A stretch of DNA of 55,360 nt, taken from contig DATESZ010000264.1 of NCBI GenBank assembly GCA_035283845.1, positions 1-55,360 of the forward strand, read 5' to 3'. Positions 42,959 to 53,625 of this stretch are shown piece after piece (position 1 is the stretch's first letter; each line of letters starts with the position of its first letter). Under the pieces are notes generated by a model. That model made no database searches. It was not told the origin of the DNA and was given only the letters and a program-made list of their open reading frames with translations. The position numbers and the translations under genes are program-made. Source of the stretch: Syntrophales bacterium (GTDB taxonomy: Bacteria; Desulfobacterota; Syntrophia; Syntrophales; JACQWR01).

Positions 42959-45900
42959 ATGGAAGCAAACCCTTACGCAGCGATTACCGATACCAATTAT
43001 GCAGCGGCAAACCCTTACGCCTTGATTAAGGATGAGGATTTTGCCATGCCTAAAAGCATTGGTGACGAAGCCTTGAACCTTGGGAAAACGGCGGTATCTC
43101 TTTCGACGCCGCTGGTTACTTTCCCAACCGAATTGATTAGCGGAGTGGTTGCGGGCTTCAAGGAAAAATATAAAGAAGGCATGTTGCCGAAAGGAACTGA
43201 ATCAGGAGCAGGAGCGGCATTTGCGAGAGGACGGGAAGAGTCCGCCCAAAAATCTGCCGATATGCTGAAGATGTATGAACCTGATCCGGGGAGTCTGGCA
43301 GCAAAATATATTCAAAACCCTGTATCCGCCCTTTTCGGCGAGGTGGCTAAAGAAGGCCAGCGATTTGGTAAGCATCTTGTTTCGACGTGGGGAATACAGC
43401 CTGAAGACCTCATGTGGGAGCTGGGCGGGGCTGTAGGCGAGCTAAAAGCCTTTGGAGTCTTAGGGGAAGCTGGCAAGGGGGTTAAGTCGGCAAAAGAAGC
43501 TGTTGTGCAGGCAGCGAGACGAGCGAAGGCCGGGCTAGAAGCCAGGCGGATAGAATCTTCCCTGGAATATACGCCTTCAGTTGAACCGCCTTTGCCTCCC
43601 GCTACAGGCGGCGTTTCGGCCCTTCCTATTAAAGTTCCGGCAACAAGACCAACGCCACGAGAAGAAATCGACCGGCTAAAAACAGAAGATTTACGAAGGG
43701 GTGCCGTAAAGGATAATCCCTATACGGACATAACTGACGAAAAGTTTACTGCCACCGATAAGGCAGTTGAGAACCCCTATGCTTCGATTACGGATGAATC
43801 CGTAAAGGCAGCACCGTCGGTTAATCTTCCCGAACCAGTCATTGAACCGGCCCCTGAACCCGCTATCGAGCCACAGCCGGTAACGATGAGGAGCATTGAC
43901 GATCTCCGCCGTGACTTTGTCGATTCGATGGATGTGCAGCCAGAACCAGCAAAGATTGAAACCGTAAGCGATACACAGCCATCTCGCCAGCCAGGCGCGG
44001 AAGGAGTTACTGCGGCGCCAATAGAGGCGGCGCCATCTGGCCCGCCTGCATCGAAGTTTTACAGAGACTACACCCCAGAAGACTTTATCAATACATCTTC
44101 GCGTGAGGAGTTAAGAAATACCGTTGACAACTTCCTCAGTATGGATGATAATCTTTTCCAGAAGATGTGGGACGGGGAAGTTCCCGGACACAGGAAGTTG
44201 TTCGCTTTCAATCAGAAGTATAGGGAGGCGCTTGAGCTTGCAGCGATCGACAAAGACCATTCCGCCGTCAAATCAATTATCGAACGGGTTAAACGGCAAG
44301 TTACCCCTGAAGAAGTCGAAGCCCTACAGAAAACCAAAAGAGAAATTGCTGCCTCCGAAGCTGAAGCTGCTTTACGTCCCCAAGAAATACCCGCTGATAT
44401 TGGAGTAAGGCCAGAAGAAGATTGGGGCGTGTTTCATGCTCTTGACTCTCGTGTGGTTAAAAACCCTTATCCTGAAGACCTCGCCTATATGGGCGAAAAT
44501 TTCAGAAAAAACAACCCCTCCGCCCCCGACGAGATAGCCATAAGGCACGCCTACGACGCACAGGGCAACAAGTACAGTTGGGAAGGGCACAACACCCTCG
44601 ACCAATTGCGGCCCCTTATCGAATCACGGTTTGCTGCAAATTTAACAGACAAAACTCCAGAATCATTGCGATACCCCGAAAGAGAGGTGGCGAAAGCACC
44701 ATCTCCTGCCGAAAGTTTCCCCAATAAAATAGAGCCCGAGCAGGCCGCGACCCCGATCCGGAAAGCAAAACCCCTCCGCATGGATGGAACAACGCGACCG
44801 GAGAAAGCAGTGCCCATCCCCCCTGCTGGCTTCGATTCCCTGCCCCAGTTAACCCGTGACAAGTTCAACGCGGCCTTTGAATCCAAAGATGCGGCAACCA
44901 TGCAGGGCTATCTTTACGCAGCCAACAAGAACCTCCGTACTGAATTTGAGAGTAGAACAGGGGTAAAGTTACCAAAGGCCGTCAAGGATATGCGAAAGAC
45001 GGTGAGTGATTATTTCAATGACGCAGACAGGGCGGCGGTTCAAAACGATATTTCCGCCAGATTAAAAGACCAAAATACCCGTGATGCCGAATTTGCAAGT
45101 CAAGGCCTTCGCCAACAGTTGTTCGCAGCGCCCGATGCCGAGAAAGCGGCAATAGTGTCAAGGATGACAAAAGAGCAGGCGGCGGATGCGCTCAAGCAGT
45201 TAGACGCGGCCCCCGGCGATGACATTGGGGCAAGAAAGGCAATCGGCGATACGTTCCCAGAATTGGCAGCGGCAGCAAGGCCAACACCAAAGCAGGCAGC
45301 TACCCCGGTCATTGAGCAAATAGCCCCCGCTGAGGTCAAGGTAATCCCCACAACAAAATCAGCCGAGGCCAACGTCGTCAGTCCGAAAGAACAAAGGGCA
45401 TACGTTCAAACAAAAGTTGACGGTTTGATTAAGGATGCGCGGCAACGGTGGAGAGACCAGAATGGCGGCGGAGGGGAGTTCACAGATAAAGAGATTGATG
45501 CCACTATGTCGAAAGGTTTTTATCGGGCAGAGATTCCGCCTGACGGAGCGCAGAAAGTTACGATTGACGTTCCGAACGATGGACAATATAGGGTCAACAA
45601 TGATCTAAAGTCTTTGCTGACGTTTCAGAAAAACCTTTCCAAAATGACGGAACCGACGCGAGATGCTTCTAAACCGCCCGGACTGCCATCCACCAAGCCA
45701 ACCGGTAAGACTCCTGCACAGTTCGAGGCTGAATACGAGGCTGAAAAAGCGGCATATAACGAAAAACGCGAGGGAGTAAAACAAGAGTACCTTGATTATC
45801 CGAACCGGATTGAGAGAGCCAAGCAAGAGGAGGCGAAATGGCAACAAATATATGCCGATGTGCGAGACAAGAAAATTACGCTTAAATCTTTGGCTCCTGA

Positions 45901-48900
45901 ATTTCGCGGGAAAACACCCTCCGGTTATGACGTCAACACACGGGTTTTAGAGAAGCAAATATCTGTCAAAAACATAGAACAACAGGTCAAGGATTTAGAA
46001 ATTGAAATCGCTAAAAATTGGAAGGGTCTTGATAAAGAATTAAAAGCGGCACCACGTACCATCGTTGACATTGCCAAAGACATCAGCACCGCCCTGGGCG
46101 AAAAAGGAACAGTAGGCAAACAGGAACTTACCGAAAAGCAGGTTGCTGCCCGTGCCCGATTAACGGAAGACATGCGGCAAATCAAAATGGCCGCGGATAA
46201 TGCTAAGGTATCGATCGAAGAACACCTGAAGAAGATTTACCCCGACCTGACTGATGCAGAGTTAAGCCATTTGATGCAGTTCGCGCCAAAGGCACCACCC
46301 AAGGCAGACGCTCCTACCAACCGGCAAGAGATCGTTGAACCTGGGGCTTCTCAGGGCAAAGGGCCGGAGATTCCGCGTAGTCAAGAGATTGCGGCGGAGT
46401 TGCCAAAAGAAGATGTAATCAGTCTTAAAAAACGCATTGTCGATCCTCAAGACCAGTCCATGGGGCTAAGCGAAGTTGAACGAGAAATTCTAAGGGCAGT
46501 CCCCACATACGAAGAAGGACGCAGGTTACTTGCATCAGGCAGACGTAACCCCAGGACGATTACGGCTGATGTTGTCGAAAACCATAGGATGATGACGCTT
46601 GAAGAAGCCGGGGTAGTTCTCGCCGACCGTGTAACTCTTGATAACCAGCGGATGCTTTTGGAAGCAGATATTGCGAAGGCGATAACTGACGGAGACACCG
46701 CAACGATTGGTGAAAAAAAGATTGCTCTCGAAATGACCAAACGAGACTTGCAGGTTAGTTCACAATCCCTTCAAAGCAATCGTGAACTCTGGAGCGCTAT
46801 TGGCAAGGTGATGCAGCTCGAAGCAAAGCGCGATTATTCTCTTGAGTCCATGATTCGCAAGGCGAAGATCGACACCGGCAAAGAAGTAACGCCTGAACAC
46901 AGGGCAATACTCGAAAAACACGCCAAAGAGATCGAGCGTCTTCAGTCCGAAATAGCGATGCGAGACGAGAAGATTTCTCAGGCTGAAATGATTAAGACCG
47001 TTGAAAAGCTGAAAAACACTGTTTCCAAGGAGCAGCGAGACGTAAAGAGATCGATTAAGAAAGAGGTCTTGGATGCAGAGATAAAAGGGCTTTACGCAGA
47101 ATTTAACTCTAAATTCGGTGCGACACGCCTTAACGCCAATATCCCATTAGATGCAATCCCGGTGTTAGGCAAGCTGGCAAAGGCTTATGTCGAGCGTGGC
47201 GTGATAACGGCGGAGGGCATTGTCGATGCCATTTACACCGAAGTAAAGAACCTTGGCCTTGAAGTAAGCAAGCGCGACATCAGGGATGCCATAAGCGGTT
47301 ACGGTACTACCAGAACCATGAATCAGGACGTTATTATTGCTCAGTTGCGCGAACTTAAGCGGCAGATGGCTTTGATTTCCGGTCTTGAGGATGCGCAAGG
47401 CGGCAAGTCTCCCACAAAGAGATTTCAGTCGGATGTTGAAACCCCGAGAGTGCGAGAGCTTAAAAAGCAAATTAAGCAGGCCATGAAAGAGAATGGGCTT
47501 GATACCAGCAAGATTCCGACAACTGAACAGCAGTGGAAAACATCTCTGGAAGCCACAAAGACGCGGCTGAGAAACCAGATAGAAGACCTTACCTCTGCGA
47601 TTTTGGGTAGAAAAGAACTTGCGAAGAAGAAGGGAATATCTGCTGTTGATGAAGAAACGGCAATTTTAAAGAGTTATTCTGAATCCCTCAAAAAGGTCTA
47701 TGACCAAGTGTTTGAAGACCCGAATCTTGAGGCGCAGAAAAAGGCACTGGCGGCGCAACGGGCAATCAGTATCGAACTGATCCGCCTTGATAAGCAGATT
47801 TCCGACTATATTAAGCGAACGGAAGAAAAAGATGTTGCATCCCGTGCAAGGAAGTTATCGCCTCCAAAGACCGAAGACATCCGGCTCATGCGAGAGGTCA
47901 GGGATACCGCAAAGCAGACTTTTGAGGACATGAAAAAAGAACTTCGGCCTAAGAAGTCACCTGATGAAATAGCCCTGCAATCCTATAAGACCAGAACGAA
48001 GAACAAGATTGCCGAACTGGAAGCCAAGCGAGAAAGCGGGGATTTCACCAAGAAAGAGCGCAAGCAGTTGGAGCTTGATAAAGAAGGAACCAACCTAAAG
48101 TTCAAGCTGTCGCAAGAACAAAAGTCATATTACGAAGCTGCGGAAAACTACCGCCTGGCTAACCGAGGCAGGGTCGAAAGGATTTGGGACGGGATAAAGG
48201 AAGTGGGCAACCTTTCGCGGGCGATCAAGACCAGTATGGATTTATCCGCTGTTTTAAGGCAGGGCGGCTTTATTGCCTTGGGTCACCCAGTGCGGGCATT
48301 AATGGCTTTTCCTGATATGTTTAAGGCATTGAAGTCCGAAGAGGGCCGCTTTGCTGTAGATCAAGAAATATTGGCAAGGCCGAATTACCAACTTTACGAG
48401 CAGTCAAAACTTTATCTTTCTGAGCATGGGCAGGTTTTATCTAGAATGGAAGAGGCGTATATGTCCCGTTTGGTAGATAAACTTGCGAAGGGCAGTGCCT
48501 GGAACCCCGGTCGGCTTGTTTTCAAAGGAGCCGCGGCTTCTGAACGGGCCTACACCACCTTCTTGAACAGACTGAGAGCGGATTCTTTCGATGCCATGTA
48601 TAAGAATCTTGCCATTGACGGGACACCGACAGAACTTGCCGCCATATCGAACTATGTCAACGTGGCTACGGGGCGGGGAAATATCGGGACAAACCGGCAG
48701 GGAATTATCAATTCTCTTACCACCATGAACAGCGTGTTCTTTGCGCCTCGGTATGTTTTAAGCCGATTCCAATTACTCGTGGGTCAACCCGCCCTTCGTG
48801 GAACCGCTCGAACGCGTATTATGGTAGCGAAGGAATACGGACGGTTCTTAGGGGGGCTTGCGGTGTTTTATGTTTTGGGTACGGCGGCAGGCGGGGACAT

Positions 48901-49360
48901 AGAGACTGACCCTCGCAGCACAGATTTCGGGAAGATAAGATTCGGCAACACGCGGCTTGATCCGATGTCAGGATTATCGCAGACGGCGGTAGTAACAAGC
49001 AAAATCGGCGCTTCCATAATAAACCGCATAGCGCCCGATACGTTTGAGGGCAACGTTAATACCGAAGGCGACATATCAGACCGCGACATTTCTTATGTCG
49101 GTGGGCGCTTTGTCAGGTCTAAGCTCAACCCAATAGTGGGCATCTCGTATGATTTGATGACCGGCCGGGCTTATCTAAATAAGGAAGTCGGACGCGGGGT
49201 GCCTATGGAAGAAAATCTATCATATGCCGCAGGGCAGCTTGTCCCTCTGGCGCTCAGTGACATTTTCGCAGTAATGGAAGAGCAAGGCGTTCCAGCAGGT
49301 ACGGCCTTTGCCATGCTTTCAATATTCGGGATGGGATTGCAGACTTATAATAACGAGTAA
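42959..49360 (+). CDS. Giant virion protein (ejection/internal-protein-like), 2133 aa
   Basis: ORF track. Long coiled coils and C-terminal hydrophobic segments. No polymerase or lysozyme motif seen. Confidence 0.75.
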   Translation: MEANPYAAITDTNYAAANPYALIKDEDFAMPKSIGDEALNLGKTAVSLSTPLVTFPTELISGVVAGFKEKYKEGMLPKGTESGAGAAFARGREESAQKSADMLKMYEPDPGSLAAKYIQNPVSALFGEVAKEGQRFGKHLVSTWGIQPEDLMWELGGAVGELKAFGVLGEAGKGVKSAKEAVVQAARRAKAGLEARRIESSLEYTPSVEPPLPPATGGVSALPIKVPATRPTPREEIDRLKTEDLRRGAVKDNPYTDITDEKFTATDKAVENPYASITDESVKAAPSVNLPEPVIEPAPEPAIEPQPVTMRSIDDLRRDFVDSMDVQPEPAKIETVSDTQPSRQPGAEGVTAAPIEAAPSGPPASKFYRDYTPEDFINTSSREELRNTVDNFLSMDDNLFQKMWDGEVPGHRKLFAFNQKYREALELAAIDKDHSAVKSIIERVKRQVTPEEVEALQKTKREIAASEAEAALRPQEIPADIGVRPEEDWGVFHALDSRVVKNPYPEDLAYMGENFRKNNPSAPDEIAIRHAYDAQGNKYSWEGHNTLDQLRPLIESRFAANLTDKTPESLRYPEREVAKAPSPAESFPNKIEPEQAATPIRKAKPLRMDGTTRPEKAVPIPPAGFDSLPQLTRDKFNAAFESKDAATMQGYLYAANKNLRTEFESRTGVKLPKAVKDMRKTVSDYFNDADRAAVQNDISARLKDQNTRDAEFASQGLRQQLFAAPDAEKAAIVSRMTKEQAADALKQLDAAPGDDIGARKAIGDTFPELAAAARPTPKQAATPVIEQIAPAEVKVIPTTKSAEANVVSPKEQRAYVQTKVDGLIKDARQRWRDQNGGGGEFTDKEIDATMSKGFYRAEIPPDGAQKVTIDVPNDGQYRVNNDLKSLLTFQKNLSKMTEPTRDASKPPGLPSTKPTGKTPAQFEAEYEAEKAAYNEKREGVKQEYLDYPNRIERAKQEEAKWQQIYADVRDKKITLKSLAPEFRGKTPSGYDVNTRVLEKQISVKNIEQQVKDLEIEIAKNWKGLDKELKAAPRTIVDIAKDISTALGEKGTVGKQELTEKQVAARARLTEDMRQIKMAADNAKVSIEEHLKKIYPDLTDAELSHLMQFAPKAPPKADAPTNRQEIVEPGASQGKGPEIPRSQEIAAELPKEDVISLKKRIVDPQDQSMGLSEVEREILRAVPTYEEGRRLLASGRRNPRTITADVVENHRMMTLEEAGVVLADRVTLDNQRMLLEADIAKAITDGDTATIGEKKIALEMTKRDLQVSSQSLQSNRELWSAIGKVMQLEAKRDYSLESMIRKAKIDTGKEVTPEHRAILEKHAKEIERLQSEIAMRDEKISQAEMIKTVEKLKNTVSKEQRDVKRSIKKEVLDAEIKGLYAEFNSKFGATRLNANIPLDAIPVLGKLAKAYVERGVITAEGIVDAIYTEVKNLGLEVSKRDIRDAISGYGTTRTMNQDVIIAQLRELKRQMALISGLEDAQGGKSPTKRFQSDVETPRVRELKKQIKQAMKENGLDTSKIPTTEQQWKTSLEATKTRLRNQIEDLTSAILGRKELAKKKGISAVDEETAILKSYSESLKKVYDQVFEDPNLEAQKKALAAQRAISIELIRLDKQISDYIKRTEEKDVASRARKLSPPKTEDIRLMREVRDTAKQTFEDMKKELRPKKSPDEIALQSYKTRTKNKIAELEAKRESGDFTKKERKQLELDKEGTNLKFKLSQEQKSYYEAAENYRLANRGRVERIWDGIKEVGNLSRAIKTSMDLSAVLRQGGFIALGHPVRALMAFPDMFKALKSEEGRFAVDQEILARPNYQLYEQSKLYLSEHGQVLSRMEEAYMSRLVDKLAKGSAWNPGRLVFKGAAASERAYTTFLNRLRADSFDAMYKNLAIDGTPTELAAISNYVNVATGRGNIGTNRQGIINSLTTMNSVFFAPRYVLSRFQLLVGQPALRGTARTRIMVAKEYGRFLGGLAVFYVLGTAAGGDIETDPRSTDFGKIRFGNTRLDPMSGLSQTAVVTSKIGASIINRIAPDTFEGNVNTEGDISDRDISYVGGRFVRSKLNPIVGISYDLMTGRAYLNKEVGRGVPMEENLSYAAGQLVPLALSDIFAVMEEQGVPAGTAFAMLSIFGMGLQTYNNE

Positions 49361-49423
49361 CAAAAACATTGTCTTAAAGCAATAACTGTGCGAAAATCGC
49401 ACACCTTAAGGAGGTAATGGAAA

Positions 49424-49990
49424 ATGGGCGTATATAAGCAATTTGGCCCTAACCCTTTTCAGATAGTTAATAATGTATGCTTTCTTGGGTTAACAGATAA
49501 AAAAGGGCATATTAAGCATTGCACAGTTATTGATGCTGAAGACTATCCGAAAGTATCTAATATTCGATGGGGGAGCACAACGACACTTGATGGGCGGCAC
49601 TATGTAAGGAGCTCTAAGCATCGCGTATCTTTACATCGTTTTATTGTTGGTCTAAAAAAACAGGAAACGCTCGATCATAAGAACCGTAATCCTCTGGATA
49701 ATAGAAAGGATAATCTTAGATTATGCCCAATCGAAACTCAGAACCATTGGAATACAGGGCCAAACCGAGATAGCTTGCACGGTTTTAAGGGCGTTTGGTA
49801 TCACAAAGAGAGAGATAGATATGTAGCAAGAATTGTTTGCAATGGGGTCAAGCATTGGATTGGATCGTATAAAACCAAAGAAGAGGCGGCATTAGCATTT
49901 AATGATGCCGCTATAAAATATCAAGGCGAATTTGCCTATCTTAACAATATTCCTATTATGGAGGTAAATCATGGGCGCATCAGTATGTAG
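49424..49990 (+). CDS. Free-standing HNH-AP2 homing endonuclease, 188 aa
   Basis: ORF track. LDHKNRNPLDNRKDNL (HNH) plus an AP2-like FKGVWYHKERDRYVARI...WIGSYKTKEEAALAFN. Confidence 0.8.
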   Translation: MGVYKQFGPNPFQIVNNVCFLGLTDKKGHIKHCTVIDAEDYPKVSNIRWGSTTTLDGRHYVRSSKHRVSLHRFIVGLKKQETLDHKNRNPLDNRKDNLRLCPIETQNHWNTGPNRDSLHGFKGVWYHKERDRYVARIVCNGVKHWIGSYKTKEEAALAFNDAAIKYQGEFAYLNNIPIMEVNHGRISM

Positions 49991-50336
49991 TTCGAGCACA
50001 GGTACAGTCACCGGCACAGATCCTGATTTTGTACTCACCCAGAAAATCAACAATCCCCAGGGCGTGGTTCTTCTGGTCAAATACACCAGAACTGCGGCGT
50101 CTGACCTCACGATTACCATTGATAAAATTTTCCGGCCAGTCCATGCGACCGATCTTTACCGGATGACCTCACTAACCGGAACGGCGTTAGGGGCATGGGC
50201 TATGGTGATTTCGGCAACAGGTAACTATGAAATCCCAATACCCATTATCGAGCCGGTCAAAACCATTGTCGTTAACCTGACGGTAGGGGCCGCTGCGCAG
50301 GGCAACGCGATTGTCTGCAATGTGGTAGAGAGCTAA
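49971..50336 (+). CDS. Hypothetical virion protein, 121 aa
   Basis: ORF track. Confidence 0.55.
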   Translation: MGASVCSSSTGTVTGTDPDFVLTQKINNPQGVVLLVKYTRTAASDLTITIDKIFRPVHATDLYRMTSLTGTALGAWAMVISATGNYEIPIPIIEPVKTIVVNLTVGAAAQGNAIVCNVVES

Positions 50337-50347
50337 AGGAGGCTGTA

Positions 50348-52141
50348 ATGATAAAAAACTTCAAAGGCTTCATAAATGAAGTCCAAAGAAAAATAGGAAC
50401 ATTGGGCGCGCAGGATGCCGATAACGTGGCCATCACGGGAGGCACAATCTCCGGCGCAGTCATAACCGACCAATTCACCACTTCGACAGACCCCGCATCG
50501 AGTGCTGCGGTGACGACAGCAATCGTTGATGCCTACAACGGGGTAGTGATTACCCTGACCGGTGCGGGGAACGCTCAGACAATTGCAGCTCCTTCAGCGG
50601 CGACGGTGAAGAGGTTCCAGGTATTCAACAATGATACCTCAACCAATTCGATTGCAATTAATGGGATTACGCTTCAACCGGGCAAGGGACAGTCTTTTGT
50701 ATATGATGGTTCTGCCTGGGGGCCTATAGATATAGGCATAACTGCAATCCCCGTTCCCGAAACACAAGGTGGAACGGGTCAGAGTAGCATGGCAGCCAAG
50801 AACCCTCCCATTGATGCTGACCTTGCCGTTTACCGTGACAGCGCAGCCTCTGATGCATTGGTCACTTCTACCTGGACACAAGTAAAGGCGTTTCTTAAGA
50901 CCTATTTTGATAGCATTTACGATGCTGCTGGTACAGCCGCAGGTAAAATCGCCTCATCCATCTCCGACGGAGACACCACCCACGCCCCGGACGGCAATTC
51001 TGTCTTTGATGCACTGGCACTGAAGGCCCCATTAGCGAGTCCCACATTTACAACTCAGATTACCACGCCTGTAGTTTATGGCTCCTCTGCCGCCGATGGA
51101 GATATTACAATTGAGGGGACATCATCTGCAACGAAGACGACCAGTTATGTGATTTTACAACCGACAAGCGGCAACGTCGGCATCGGGACGACTCTGCCAG
51201 CGGCGATTTTACATATAAACAACGATTTTAGTGCCGCTACATATGAGAGATTATTACAGGGTAGGTCATCGGGGAATAATAGTTTTGGAATTGGTGTCGG
51301 CGGTAATGATACTTACATATCAGCCGCAGGAGCTGGGGGTATGCATTTTGCGACCAACAGCAACTTAGGTGTAACTGGAACTTCCGTGCCCACTAATGTC
51401 ACAATGTCAATTTTAAATACCGGCAACGTCGGCATCGGGACGACCGACTTAGATGGCACTCCCGCAGCTGGCCAAGTCACAATCAAGGGCACCACTAATG
51501 ACGGCGCCACACAAGTTCAGGTTTGGCGCGACTCCGACGAAGCTAATGTCGCTAACCTCAACACCAATGGCGACTTCTACTCGGCAGGAGATGTTTCAGC
51601 CTTAACATTCACTGATCGTACTCCCGTGTTTGATGGCGATGCAATCTCAGCAATCAACGCTATCAAGTCAATAGACGGCGAACTGGATCATAATTCACTG
51701 CATCCATTTTTGCAGAAGACAATCATCCGACGGAACAATAAATTCGTAACTGAAGTTCCAATCGAAGACGCCCTTGAAACTGTGACAATTGAGGAAGATG
51801 AAACGGAAGAGGTTCATGTTTTTAATGAAAAAGGGGTTGATACAGTTACGCAGGAGCCTATCATCCTTTCCTCTGAGATGGTGCAGGATGGATTCAAGAT
51901 CGAAAAGGGAGATATCGTCCCGAATATGATCGAAGAGAAAATCATCAAGAAAACCACAAAGGAAATCACTCGACAAAGAACAGATGTGAAGTTTGATTCT
52001 GAGACGGGTAAATTCTATTTGCGTGAAGTGGACATTATCGAGACTCCTGGACGTAACATCGGTGCTACCGTATCCATATTGATCAAAGCGGTGCAGGAGT
52101 TGACAGCAGAGATTGAGAGATTGAAGAAAGCGAAGAAATAA
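50348..52141 (+). CDS. Tail fibre/spike protein, 597 aa
   Basis: ORF track. Gly/Thr/Ser-rich beta-type repeats (GNVGIGTT twice) and a charged C-terminal domain. Confidence 0.65.
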   Translation: MIKNFKGFINEVQRKIGTLGAQDADNVAITGGTISGAVITDQFTTSTDPASSAAVTTAIVDAYNGVVITLTGAGNAQTIAAPSAATVKRFQVFNNDTSTNSIAINGITLQPGKGQSFVYDGSAWGPIDIGITAIPVPETQGGTGQSSMAAKNPPIDADLAVYRDSAASDALVTSTWTQVKAFLKTYFDSIYDAAGTAAGKIASSISDGDTTHAPDGNSVFDALALKAPLASPTFTTQITTPVVYGSSAADGDITIEGTSSATKTTSYVILQPTSGNVGIGTTLPAAILHINNDFSAATYERLLQGRSSGNNSFGIGVGGNDTYISAAGAGGMHFATNSNLGVTGTSVPTNVTMSILNTGNVGIGTTDLDGTPAAGQVTIKGTTNDGATQVQVWRDSDEANVANLNTNGDFYSAGDVSALTFTDRTPVFDGDAISAINAIKSIDGELDHNSLHPFLQKTIIRRNNKFVTEVPIEDALETVTIEEDETEEVHVFNEKGVDTVTQEPIILSSEMVQDGFKIEKGDIVPNMIEEKIIKKTTKEITRQRTDVKFDSETGKFYLREVDIIETPGRNIGATVSILIKAVQELTAEIERLKKAKK

Positions 52142-52428
52142 TGAACCAATACGATCACTGGCTGGGCAAGCTATTCGGCAGATTATTCGGCAAGGGCAAG
52201 GGCAGGCCGTATGCTGTGACATTAGGACAGACAACCTACTATTCCTGTTCCTACGAAAGAACCTCCCTTCGATGGCGGTATCACGAAGCGTGTCACCGGG
52301 AACAATGGGCTAGAGAGGGTAGGCTGAAATTCCTTATATGTTATATTTACGAATGGATTAGACATGGTAATCTCAACAAGTACGAAGTAGAAGCACGAAA
52401 AGCAGAGGTGAATATACGTTATGCTTAG
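52141..52428 (+). CDS. Small HExxH protein (DUF4157-like?), 95 aa
   Basis: ORF track. YHEACHREQW. Confidence 0.5.
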   Translation: MNQYDHWLGKLFGRLFGKGKGRPYAVTLGQTTYYSCSYERTSLRWRYHEACHREQWAREGRLKFLICYIYEWIRHGNLNKYEVEARKAEVNIRYA

Positions 52429-52627
52429 TTTTGATTTAGCTAAAGGGGGGTGTATGTTTGAGAACACAAATCTTTATAGTTGGTACGAAGAATCATTAAG
52501 TGGTGGTACTATGCAAGTGAAGGCAAGGGCGGCAGAACCGCCCACATGCAAAGCATCCCCCTGGTCATCAAGGGTCTGTGAATTAGGAACAAAATCGTGT
52601 GATGTACGGCACTCTAAAGGAGGAAGC

Positions 52628-53023
52628 GTGAAATACTCCCGCTGGATAGGCCTGATAATTGCATGTCTCTTGCTCTCCGCCTGCGCAACAATACAGGAAG
52701 CAAACAAGAAAGGCACCTGGACGCACGCCGACACAACTGTTCTCGTAGTTGGCACTATAGTCTCTGCTATGGATTGGAGCCAGACCCTGCACATAGCAGA
52801 CTACCCTAATGACCACAGGGAAATGAACACGCTCATGGGAGGGAACGGACATCCCTCCCGTGGCCAGGTGAATACTTATTTCGCTCTTAATTTATTTGTC
52901 CTACAGCCCATCGTCCTCTACTTCTGCCCGCCGAACTGGAGACGATACATCATAGGGGGCAATGCAGCAGTTGAGGGCACAATGGTCTTGCATAATCAGG
53001 GAAAGGGGATTCACCCGTTTTGA
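52628..53023 (+). CDS. Lipoprotein, 131 aa (GTG start; an in-frame upstream extension from 52454 is possible)
   Basis: AAGGAGG SD 5 nt before the GTG. VKYSRWIGLIIACLLLSAC is a signal peptide with a lipobox. Confidence 0.55.
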   Translation: MKYSRWIGLIIACLLLSACATIQEANKKGTWTHADTTVLVVGTIVSAMDWSQTLHIADYPNDHREMNTLMGGNGHPSRGQVNTYFALNLFVLQPIVLYFCPPNWRRYIIGGNAAVEGTMVLHNQGKGIHPF

Positions 53024-53069
53024 ACTGAGTAAATAAAATTGAGTTCGGCCAATCAAATCAGAGGAGGAC

Positions 53070-53486
53070 ATGCCGGTGGTAGATGTAGAAGTTGTTTTAA
53101 CAGGAGTAGGGGTTGTCATCAGTAACGGGATATTTTTTAAAATCTCTGCTTTCTTTGTAAAACGGTGGATGGATCAGAAGGATGCAAGCGAGGCGCGGGC
53201 CAAGCTTGATCTCGAGAAATCCGCGCAGAGGGTGGCGGCTGAATTAGAGCGAACAGCAGGGAAACTTGCTGTTGATTTAAAAGACTCCGTTGCGGAACAC
53301 AGGCAGGAAATTAAAGATATGACGAAGAAACTGGACGGCTCCCTAGGTGAAATTTTTAACCAACTTAGAATTGCAAACGGGAGAACGGCGAAGATTGAGG
53401 GCGGAGTCATAGAGGCGAAAAAGGGAATAGAGAAAATAGAAGCAGTTTGTGCCGAGAGACATAAGGGGAATGGGGATGGATCATAA
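53070..53486 (+). CDS. N-terminally anchored coiled-coil protein (i-spanin-like?), 138 aa
   Basis: ORF track. One N-terminal TM helix followed by a charged helical region. Confidence 0.55.
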   Translation: MPVVDVEVVLTGVGVVISNGIFFKISAFFVKRWMDQKDASEARAKLDLEKSAQRVAAELERTAGKLAVDLKDSVAEHRQEIKDMTKKLDGSLGEIFNQLRIANGRTAKIEGGVIEAKKGIEKIEAVCAERHKGNGDGS

Positions 53487-53625
53487 CTGCCCCCGCTGCC
53501 AGAGTGACCGCATAGGCCATAACATCGGCATGTATTTTGTAGCCTACGAGTGCCACGATTGTAAGCATCAATGGATTGAGAGACTTGAAATCAAGAATGA
53601 TAAGGAGGCTTCGGTATGTGGCTGA
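53476..53625 (+). CDS. Zinc-ribbon miniprotein, 49 aa
   Basis: Hand translation: MDHNCPRCQSDRIGHNIGMYFVAYECHDCKHQWIERLEIKNDKEASVCG. Confidence 0.4.
   Translation: MDHNCPRCQSDRIGHNIGMYFVAYECHDCKHQWIERLEIKNDKEASVCG

Noticed and set aside
42959-49360. Giant ORF as a tape-measure protein or virion RNA polymerase
   Set aside because: No tail-tube, sheath or chaperone genes accompany it, and I saw no polymerase motifs. It is called only a generic giant internal/ejection-type virion protein.
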